NCBI GenBank assembly: GCA_963722075.1
Contig: CAVRJM010000001.1
Coordinates: 128,001 to 192,000 of the forward strand
Direction of reading: 5' to 3'
Length of the DNA: 64,000 nucleotides
DNA from: Candidatus Babeliales bacterium
Lineage (GTDB): Bacteria > Babelota > Babeliae > Babelales > JANWKD01
In this document: one piece after another, positions 10,201 to 17,565 of the stretch
Position numbering within the stretch: the stretch's first letter is position 1
Layout of the letters: each line of letters begins with the position of its first letter
Notes under the pieces: generated by a model
Told to the model about the DNA's origin: nothing
Seen by the model: the letters and a program-made list of their open reading frames with translations, nothing else
Database searches by the model: none
Made by a program: the position numbers and the translations under genes

Positions 10201-11888
10201 TTCCTGGCCAAGGCGGATCATTTACCACGGTGGCAGAAACAAAAAATTGGTTTAATCAAAAAGAGATAGCAATTTTAGATACTGATGCTTCTGAAGTGGA
10301 AGTACGCATTAAGCCATTATATATACTAACAACGTTTCATGTTGGGCTCTATTTTGGTGGTGAATTTATTGATATTGATGCCGTTAAAAAAACCAAAGAA
10401 GCGCCTATTGATTTTGCTCATTTAGCTAAAATGGCGGTATTTAAAAAAGAGGATCAAAATAAACCGGTTAGTTTTGGTATTTATGAGCATGAAGGTAATG
10501 GATGGCTTGCCAATTCAGTAACAGCGCCAGCTTTCCAATTAGGGCAGTGGTATCATATTAAAATGCGCTTATCTGGAACTAACTTATCAGTAAAAATATG
10601 GGCAGAGCCAGAAACAGAACCAGCTACTGATTTTTCATATACCGTAACCGTTTCTCCTTCGCAGAAAATAATTGGGGTAATTTCTTCCGGTGCGTCAGTG
10701 GAATATCAATTTATTAATCCGGCAGTTACTATTACACCAATACCTACATCAAAACCGCCATATTCATTACGGCCAGCAGATAAGTTTTGTGCGTTGCCGT
10801 GTGATTACGCAAATGCAACCTGGCAATCGATTGCGGTGGAACGTGATCGTGAACAGATTGCTCGTGGGCAGATGGATTATTTAACAGCGCCGCAAGCAGG
10901 AATTACCATTGTTGATAAGAGTAACATTTTACGTGGGCAATATATGTATACCACGAATGCTACCAATTTGGTTATTAATGGTAAAAATGTAGAAGATTAT
11001 GTGGTGATGTGCAATATGCAGGATATTGGAACAACTCCTTCGGTAGTTCCTCAATCCATTGGTCAACCACTCAGCAATCTTAATCAAATGCCAGGGACGC
11101 CGTATTTAGCGAGCCTTATTAGTGAAAATACGTTTGATTTTAAAGGCAATTCCAATAACATGAATTTAACTGATTTATTCAGCACCTATTCTACGCAATT
11201 TGGTCCATTTAATGATACGCTATACAATCAATTACAAACGGCGCGAAAAGAATATAAGAATCAAGCGCTTTCGTTTACCTTTGGTTCATTTAAATTACAA
11301 GCAATTGCATCTGAAATTCCTAAAAATATATTTATTTATACTACACCATTGGTTGATGAAAATGGTAAACCAATTAAAGATGCAAAAGGAACACAATTAA
11401 CTGATTATTTCTTACTGACCGAAATTACTTCAGGCCCTTCACCAAGTTATAGTAAAAAGCGCGGAAATCCTGGTATTAGTTATAGTACTATGCTTGCTGA
11501 TAAATCAGTACAATATGGGGTTATTAGTTTAATATCTGGTAATTTATACGGCTCATCAAGTGCAAAGCCTGTAAGTTCAGGATTCTCGCGTTCAATTCTT
11601 CTTAGGAATTTTAATCAGCACAATCAACTTGATCCCGCTATTAAAGCAACCATTGAAACAACTCAGACTGCATATGATACGTATGTAAATGTACAAGAAA
11701 ATACACCAACGCCAAATACCGGATCTGCTTCGCAAGGAACGAATCCTTCTGACGCGGGAACAAAAACTGATCATAAAGGGACCGGAACGGGTAATCCAGT
11801 GCCGCCACAACCGCCTGCTAATAATAGTATTCAACAGCGCACCAATGATGCCAGCGGTGGCCAAATCACCTTTGGCGGGCCGCCGTAA
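7260..11888 (+). CDS. Very large secreted hypothetical protein with hydrophobic helices, coiled coil and ConA/LamG-like domain
   Basis: 1542-aa ORF; signal peptide ending VWA; FQLGQWYHIKMRLSGTNLSVKIW motif. Confidence 0.85.
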   Translation: MKIITQLILIMGLLITPRVWAASFTVDTAASSFKYLQSDSCSFNDANNAVTCKSAGVFQNVKKVTGGTASTGQQLIGSFVDATNKRYDLYATTPQHVIKQTTDLLAAIKATAAVLFNPVDVLSSTTNGPVVTKPNPYSIASLNEKAVNALCGPQGLNLDAKLIQYFKNFYFYLEYVTRLEYAARIAALAAHYNIDMATILDKKSWPDFVQTVQAKAGSWNNLEKALFQPTITPNYLGIMGYIQATSWDELTTSPFWVSLNTITQSSIIKSSFWQKYSKYMVTRSFVQDQTLLLSIKEVEETIFKYIPNIEVAYYNPDFTALRNATEMFHISLLLTDAQRLRIIPSCIDWSMLKDAQNTVDLTQIYTASLEFKQTPFYSIAAMAEDNSQAVYTSVEQNKVSVDINLFKQEPLLQEELILLSMIKVLHGLTNYLYDTDHLEKTMDVLANKNIIQPIPSIFIYAPEDFLYLEDLNLLHNNFKQLATNTTPATTTEQKKQVVQHMMTSMSQQKSSSTPKNVEMQFGFSDLWNGVKDSAESTWDVAKSVGQEAVSFAEDAGKKVAKEAEQLGFGKAVVMLAGMSIKDAQHLLDSAKKIEESVASEIKDGMKTASNFVTDLQDEAEKGIKKMADAITGGCETVTLHFDSELCKSIGGAIQSVADIVVTGIAGDVLMYLKAIGGMIQLTADGIDLIATTAVDVVSGNWGAIGGDLKNGLLSMAADAAVVVLEPLLIQFKYFMQQLMNAIQFCQYFISILTRIFIDATTAVAYALGAEVSMFGSLFGVNINPSDWADTVDTALSEHERLIGTCITTALLLATVPLTGGASIPLLVMTLGPQLFAIYGSYQDDQLAIEQKQEEKEFVQSFSTYVQNNKVIVAQQQQDWAAELHDKYESELENQERGLGFYENLLAHNFEALKEQMSTALGSYWSQLFTPDSLNEIPAQVGSLYGFNTNVYELNPSQGFSLYSAARNSFSQEIAVYPAIAVPGQGGSFTTVAETKNWFNQKEIAILDTDASEVEVRIKPLYILTTFHVGLYFGGEFIDIDAVKKTKEAPIDFAHLAKMAVFKKEDQNKPVSFGIYEHEGNGWLANSVTAPAFQLGQWYHIKMRLSGTNLSVKIWAEPETEPATDFSYTVTVSPSQKIIGVISSGASVEYQFINPAVTITPIPTSKPPYSLRPADKFCALPCDYANATWQSIAVERDREQIARGQMDYLTAPQAGITIVDKSNILRGQYMYTTNATNLVINGKNVEDYVVMCNMQDIGTTPSVVPQSIGQPLSNLNQMPGTPYLASLISENTFDFKGNSNNMNLTDLFSTYSTQFGPFNDTLYNQLQTARKEYKNQALSFTFGSFKLQAIASEIPKNIFIYTTPLVDENGKPIKDAKGTQLTDYFLLTEITSGPSPSYSKKRGNPGISYSTMLADKSVQYGVISLISGNLYGSSSAKPVSSGFSRSILLRNFNQHNQLDPAIKATIETTQTAYDTYVNVQENTPTPNTGSASQGTNPSDAGTKTDHKGTGTGNPVPPQPPANNSIQQRTNDASGGQITFGGPP

Positions 11889-11930
11889 TTAAGTTATTAT
11901 TATTAAAATAACTTGATTAAAGGGAATATT

Positions 11931-12035
11931 ATGTCCAAATGCAAAAAAAATAAGAAAAAGAAGAAAGATCTTTCTGCATTGAGAATTAAGACGAAGGGTT
12001 TAAAATTTAATCGAGAAGAAGCGAATAAACGATAG
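11931..12035 (+). CDS. 34-aa peptide resembling a VapB-type antitoxin C-terminus (orphan or remnant)
   Basis: MSKCKKNKKKKKDLSALRIKTKGLKFNREEANKR; AAGGGA RBS. Confidence 0.45.
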   Translation: MSKCKKNKKKKKDLSALRIKTKGLKFNREEANKR

Positions 12036-12072
12036 AAAGAGAACTAACTCAATTGAGGTAGATTTACGAAAG

Positions 12073-12453
12073 ATGTCGTTGCGAGCTTGCGAAGCAATCT
12101 AGGATATATTATAAACTTCTCAACTGTACATATAAATCACTCCAAGTTGGATTTGCTGATTCAATAAGAGCTAATTTATTTAACCGGGATCTCGCTTTAA
12201 TTTGTTTTTCTCGAACAATTGCAGTGTACATGTCATCAAAAAATTCAACATATACAAGCATTTTGCAATTATATTTTCTGGTAAACTCCACCTTATTATT
12301 TCTATGCTGAAAAATTCGCTGAGCTATATTTCCAGTAACTCTCGTATCGAGAGTACCATTTCGTTTATTTGCCATAATATAAACAGCAGGGCGTTTCATA
12401 GTTTATTAGAATCTAATTTTAACCTGGATTGCTTCGCAAGCTCGCAACGACAT
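12073..12453. mobile_element. Palindromic-repeat element carrying a GIY-YIG gene
   Basis: 31-bp inverted repeats at 12073-12103 and 12423-12453 (1 mismatch) tightly bracket the ORF. Confidence 0.75.
12109..12399 (-). CDS. Small GIY-YIG endonuclease (second motif degenerate)
   Basis: VYIMANKRNGTL..RIFQH..FTRKY..AIVREKQIK..NPTWSDL. Confidence 0.85.
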   Translation of the reverse strand: MKRPAVYIMANKRNGTLDTRVTGNIAQRIFQHRNNKVEFTRKYNCKMLVYVEFFDDMYTAIVREKQIKARSRLNKLALIESANPTWSDLYVQLRSL

Positions 12454-12534
12454 TCTTGTAAATGCATATATTCATGGCTTTGAGCAAAAACTTATTACAC
12501 CACTTTAATTTGAAGATATAACAAATTAATATAT

Positions 12535-13041
12535 TTACCGTGCTATTTTCAATTCAGTAACTGCCTTATCAAGGATTCCATTAATGAATTTATAGGCATC
12601 TTTCTCAGCAAAGCATTTAGCTAGTTCTATAGCCTCATTAATGGCAATGGTAGAAAGGATATCGGTGTTTAATAATTCCCATATTGCATAGCGCAAAATA
12701 AGTTTGGTACACACACCGAGTCGATCAAATCGCCAGTTGCTTAAAAATGGTTTATAAATATCATCAAGTTCATGACGAGAATCAATTATAACACGGGCAA
12801 TCGAAACAACATCGCTATCAAATGGAATGTCTAAATTAAATCCACGATTAACGTTATCTACAATTGCTTCTAATGAAATATCATAATCAAATGATTCTGC
12901 GATATATAAGAGATGAAAAACAACGGATCTTTTTTCTCGTTGATTTAAATCAGTAAACGCTTTCTCCTGATCTTCCTGTATAGGTTCAGGAGTTGCTAAT
13001 GGCTTATTGGGATCTGATGAAAGTTCTAAGCAATGTGACAC
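12535..13041 (-). CDS. nusB: Transcription antitermination factor NusB
   Basis: WRFDRL, ILRYAIWEL, AINEAIELAK, KFINGILD. Confidence 0.95.
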   Translation of the reverse strand: MSHCLELSSDPNKPLATPEPIQEDQEKAFTDLNQREKRSVVFHLLYIAESFDYDISLEAIVDNVNRGFNLDIPFDSDVVSIARVIIDSRHELDDIYKPFLSNWRFDRLGVCTKLILRYAIWELLNTDILSTIAINEAIELAKCFAEKDAYKFINGILDKAVTELKIAR

Positions 13042-13062
13042 CGGATAATTCCTTTTTATAAA

Positions 13063-13629
13063 TTATTTTTTTACGCGTTCGATGTATTTAGAATCTCTTG
13101 TGTCAACTTTAATAATTTCGCCTTCCTCAACAAATAAAGGAACTTGTAATACTAAACCGGTTTCTAAGGTAGCTGGTTTGGTTGCGCCTCCTTGAGCTGT
13201 ATCGCCACGTACACCGGGTGGCGTTTCAGTGACTTTGAGTTCCATGAAAAGAGGAGGATTAACAGCAATTGCCTTGCCAGAAAAATAAAGAACGTTGTAA
13301 ACTTCTTGTTCTTTAAGAAACTGTTCAACTTCTTCTATTTGATCTTTAGATAAAGAAACTTGTTCAAAACTATCTTGATCAAGGAAATGATAATGATCGC
13401 CATCGGTGTATAAATATTGCATGTTTTTATATTCTAAATCAGGAACTTCTAACTTTTCGCCAGACCTAAAGGTCTCTTCACGTACCAGGCCTGTAATCAT
13501 GTTTTTCATTTTCGTTCTAATATAAGCGCCGCCTTTTCCTGGTTTAACCCATTGAAAATCGACTACCATATATGGCTCGCCACGAAATAAAATCTTAGAT
13601 CCTTTTCTGAAGTCAGAAGTGGAGATCAC
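13063..13629 (-). CDS. efp: Elongation factor P
   Basis: KPGKGGA, PGVRGDT, KPATLETG. Confidence 0.97.
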   Translation of the reverse strand: MISTSDFRKGSKILFRGEPYMVVDFQWVKPGKGGAYIRTKMKNMITGLVREETFRSGEKLEVPDLEYKNMQYLYTDGDHYHFLDQDSFEQVSLSKDQIEEVEQFLKEQEVYNVLYFSGKAIAVNPPLFMELKVTETPPGVRGDTAQGGATKPATLETGLVLQVPLFVEEGEIIKVDTRDSKYIERVKK

Positions 13630-13709
13630 GCTCAGTACCTTTCAATAAAATAGTTATAAACCTTCTTTATTGTAGCTAATAAAAATTAATATGAAAAGCT
13701 TAAATACTA

Positions 13710-14111
13710 CTATTTATTAAATTTTGTATGCCACCAGTAGGAAAATCCTATACAGCAACCAGCGCCAATAATTTTGGGAAGTATCCCAAAGAATACTGAA
13801 TCTACTATTTTAACTTTCTCTTTAAATTCTTTTCTAACTTGGAAATTGGTATGCGCGGTTTTAAATGTCTCTGGTTCTTTAGAATTATTAAATTGCTGAG
13901 TGGCGTTTTGGTGCTTTTTTATGGCAGTGCGATAATTCATAATTTGATTTACGTTATTGCCGATAGAGAATAACAAAGCTGCGCTTGTAAAAAGGGCAAT
14001 ATTTGGAATCGTGCAATACTGATCAAGATATGATTTAATGCCGCCTTGGCTCAAAATTGGATGAATATTGCATATTGAGAGTAGAAAAATTAAGATTAAA
14101 AACTTTTTCAT
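13710..14111 (-). CDS. Hypothetical secreted/membrane protein
   Basis: Signal-like MKKFLILIFLL; C-terminal TM. Confidence 0.65.
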   Translation of the reverse strand: MKKFLILIFLLSICNIHPILSQGGIKSYLDQYCTIPNIALFTSAALLFSIGNNVNQIMNYRTAIKKHQNATQQFNNSKEPETFKTAHTNFQVRKEFKEKVKIVDSVFFGILPKIIGAGCCIGFSYWWHTKFNK

Positions 14112-14121
14112 ATGAATACCA

Positions 14122-14505
14122 TTATTTAAAAGGACAGACTTCACTTAATAAACGAGAGGATTTAGCTGTATGCTTACAATATCGATTGCAAATTGACCAA
14201 TTTAATTTTCGCCGATGTGCAAGCTCTTTGGCTGTTAAATATTCATGTCCGAAATGATTAAAAAAGAAAGAACCCATAAAAAAGTTATTAAAAAATAATG
14301 CGCGGCAAGTCTGAGGCATTTTTTTAAATAATTGAGGAATAAGCAAGAAGCTATTGAAGGCAGCCGAAAGCATAAAAGGGTGTTCATAAGCAATCAAAGC
14401 AGCTTTTTTTTTGATACGCTCTTCCTGTTGAATATCCATAGCAAAAAGCGATGAAACGCTTGCAATAAAAAATGCAATAAATAAAAATAATTTTTTATAT
14501 CCCAT
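14122..14505 (-). CDS. Hypothetical secreted/membrane protein
   Basis: Signal peptide ending SLFA-MD. Confidence 0.65.
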   Translation of the reverse strand: MGYKKLFLFIAFFIASVSSLFAMDIQQEERIKKKAALIAYEHPFMLSAAFNSFLLIPQLFKKMPQTCRALFFNNFFMGSFFFNHFGHEYLTAKELAHRRKLNWSICNRYCKHTAKSSRLLSEVCPFK

Positions 14506-14751
14506 TATAACCCCCAAAAAGAGTAGTTTATACGTGCTTCTTACTAAATAATATACTTTTTTAAAATATTTGTAAAATTATCTCTAATATGTTTCTATTT
14601 GAAATAATGAATAATTCAGTTTGTAATAATCATTCCTGATTTTGTATATTATATTGTAAAATTTATAAATTTCATTATAATAAATAGTAATTAAAAATAA
14701 TGAGCCTATGCCAAGGCTACGGCTAGGCAGACTTAATGGAGTATATTTTTT

Positions 14752-15147
14752 ATGAAATTACTATATTTATTTATAGCCCTTGGTTTATGCAGTCCCATCT
14801 TGGCTATGAACAAATGGAGAAGCGTCAAATCATTCGCCCACAAGACATCAGTGGCTACTTATAATAAGTCTTATCAAGCATTACAAAAAACCCCTTGGTT
14901 TCAAAAAACCAAGCAATTCTTTAATGCGCAACAAACAACCGATAGTTCTCCTGAAAAGATGGAGAAGATTTTTATTGCTATTGGTAGTAATCAAATGGTT
15001 GAAGCAGAAGTTAAAATCACCAAAAAGTTAAGCTGGTATCAACATCATCCCTTTAAATTTGCTGCATGGGTAGGGGCAGGTAGTTTTCTTACCGGGTCTA
15101 TTTTTGGGTGGCAGGTAAAAAAGCGATTGAGCAAGAAAAAAGGATAA
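14752..15147 (+). CDS. Hypothetical secreted protein with C-terminal TM
   Basis: Signal ending ILA-MN; GGAG RBS. Confidence 0.7.
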   Translation: MKLLYLFIALGLCSPILAMNKWRSVKSFAHKTSVATYNKSYQALQKTPWFQKTKQFFNAQQTTDSSPEKMEKIFIAIGSNQMVEAEVKITKKLSWYQHHPFKFAAWVGAGSFLTGSIFGWQVKKRLSKKKG

Positions 15148-15335
15148 ATAATATGGTAATTAATTTCTTAAAAAAAATAATGCTGATATTACTAATTATA
15201 GCATTTCCTTTACAAACTCATGCTTCTTTATTTTCGTATAATCTATTTTCAAAAATTCCCAACGTTTGTCAGAGTGTATATGAAAAATGTAATGAATATA
15301 ATATCGGTATTGCTATAGGAATAAGTTTATTATTA

Positions 15336-16482
15336 CAGGACTTACGCATTGGTCGAAAGTTCTGATTGGGACTTGAAATAAATAAAAAAGGGTGCTTCAA
15401 TTTTGTGAATTAAACAACAAAAGCAAAAAAGAAGGACACCCGAAATGAGAATAACAAATACAAATGAAGAATCAAGCACACCAAAATATGTAATGGGTTT
15501 ATTAAAAACAACGGCACGAAAAGTTTGCACAAATATTTCTGAAACACTGGGAATAATGCATGATGTGCTCAATAGGGAAGTTGAAAAAGCAGCCCAGAAT
15601 GCAGCAGAAATAACAAGCTCATTACAAAATGTTGCTCTAGAAAGTCTTAGCAATTGCGAAAGATATTTGATAATCGATGATACTCCCGTAAATAAGCAAT
15701 ATGCTAACGATATTGAAGGATTAGAAATTGTTTATGATAGTAGTGAGAAAAGATCAGCTTTGGGATTACGGTCTGTAATTGGCATGATCACTGATACCAG
15801 AGTAAGAATACCGATTGATGCGGAGATTATGATAAGCAAAGTATTTGGAGAAACCAATTACAAGACAAAAAGTGAAATTGCTTACATTATTATAGAGCGT
15901 GTTCTAGGATCAATTCGGTTTAATTGGTTAATTGCAGATGCCCATTATGCGACTGAATACCTTCTGCCAAAGCTTTTTAACAGGTCAATAAAATTTCTGA
16001 TGAAAATTCCCAGAAATCGCGTTGTTACTATTAACAATAAAACAGGACAATTGCAAAAAATTTTACGTTTGAAAAAAAATAACAGATTTGCTTGTGGATA
16101 CGGCACTATTTTTGGTCTTTCCTGTTATTTCTATGTGTTAAAAATTGATAAGGAAAAAATTATGTATCTTATCAGTAGCCATCAGCTCGGCAAAGAGAAG
16201 CTAATTTCTACATATAAGATTCGTTGGCAAATTGAATGCTTCAATAGAACTGCCAAACAACTTCTTGGATTCAGCGAATGCCAAATGCGTTCTTTTAACA
16301 TGCAGCGTGCGCATTTACTTTTCGTGTTATGGGCTTATGCTTTAGCCGACATAAGGCGGGTAAAAGATAATTTCGACAATACTGAACAAGCTGTCAGATC
16401 CTTTCGGGTCGCAAAACCCCCTACACCATCTAGTTTATTTTATGCTTTTGAAGAGAACTCTTATGCTCTTGCGTAAGTCCTG
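15336..16482 (+). mobile_element. Insertion sequence, DDE IS701/IS4-like, 1147 bp
   Basis: Perfect 13-bp TIRs CAGGACTTACGCA/TGCGTAAGTCCTG; 6-bp TSD TTATTA. Confidence 0.92.
15445..16476 (+). CDS. DDE transposase
   Basis: LIIDDT, IADAHY and YKIRWQIECFNRTAKQLLG motifs. Confidence 0.92.
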   Translation: MRITNTNEESSTPKYVMGLLKTTARKVCTNISETLGIMHDVLNREVEKAAQNAAEITSSLQNVALESLSNCERYLIIDDTPVNKQYANDIEGLEIVYDSSEKRSALGLRSVIGMITDTRVRIPIDAEIMISKVFGETNYKTKSEIAYIIIERVLGSIRFNWLIADAHYATEYLLPKLFNRSIKFLMKIPRNRVVTINNKTGQLQKILRLKKNNRFACGYGTIFGLSCYFYVLKIDKEKIMYLISSHQLGKEKLISTYKIRWQIECFNRTAKQLLGFSECQMRSFNMQRAHLLFVLWAYALADIRRVKDNFDNTEQAVRSFRVAKPPTPSSLFYAFEENSYALA

Positions 16483-17278
16483 TTATTAGGTAGTGGTTTA
16501 CTTTACTATATTAAATGTAAAAGCAATTCTTATGAAATGCTATTCCCAAATCCAGGAATTAACCAATTTCAAGGCAAAAAAGAATCTTGTCAGATTAATG
16601 TTCATAAAAGGAAAAAATATAATCCAAATGAAGAAATGAGAAAAATTCTATTTGATAAGCCTTCGGCATATATGGCTGGTGCTCAAATGAAAAAAGGTGG
16701 AATTGTTATAGATCGTACGAAAGAGGATGAAATCTGGTGTTTATTAACAGGATTTAAAAAACTATTCTGGCTAGGCTTTTCTGAAGATGGTGAAATGGAA
16801 AATTTAATAGCCGATGTTAAAAAATTACATCCCGATTTCAATAGTGATATTGGAATACTACAATACGAACATTATATTTTTGGCTGTGAATTAAATAAAT
16901 TGAAAATGAGACCGCTTATTCAAGGTTTTGCATATACCGCCGATGGGAAAGTTAATGCGTTATTATTTGCAAAGCATTATAATGAAACAAGGCTAAATGA
17001 TATCAATGATTATTTAACTGGATTTTTACTTGGTTACAATGAAGAGGATATCTATTTTTATTATGAATGTAACTTCGAATTTCCTGAACAAAAATATACG
17101 CTTGATAAACAGCTAGCTAAAAAATTTATTGAAAAAAATACCCCATCAGTTGAAGAATGGGCTTTAAAGTCGAACAAAATTACATTCATTCAATAACAAA
17201 TTTTTCATTCAATTGGGTTTGGGTTTCATTTCCATATCTAGAAAGTTAACCTAAAAGAATAGCAGTTTGCCAATATAC

Positions 17279-17496
17279 GTCGTTGCGAGCTTGCGAAGCA
17301 ATCCAGGTTTTTAAAATATCTATTTCATAACTATTCATCAGAATTGTAATTGCTTAAATAATATTTTCATATTTGTTTGAAAAACTAATTAGCTTGTTGT
17401 TTGATTAAGGTCTATACTACAATTTACCTAATATTTACACTCTCTAACTTTTTGCTATTTACTTTAGCCTGGATTGCTTCGCAAGCTCGCAACGAC
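17279..17496. repeat. Non-coding copy of the palindromic-repeat element
   Basis: Perfect 29-bp inverted arms at 17279-17307 and 17468-17496 around a 160-bp AT-rich spacer. Confidence 0.9.
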
Positions 17497-17565
17497 ATAT
17501 TGTTTAAGTAAATACTATTCAAAAACTCAAATTAATTTTAAATCGTACTGAATAATAGGTTAAAT

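Larger units (their letters stand above)
15153..17196 (+). pseudogene. Exported hypothetical protein interrupted by an IS
   Basis: Removing 15336-16488 restores the in-frame sequence ..GISLLL-GSGLLYYIKCKSNSYE-MLFP.. Confidence 0.85.
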
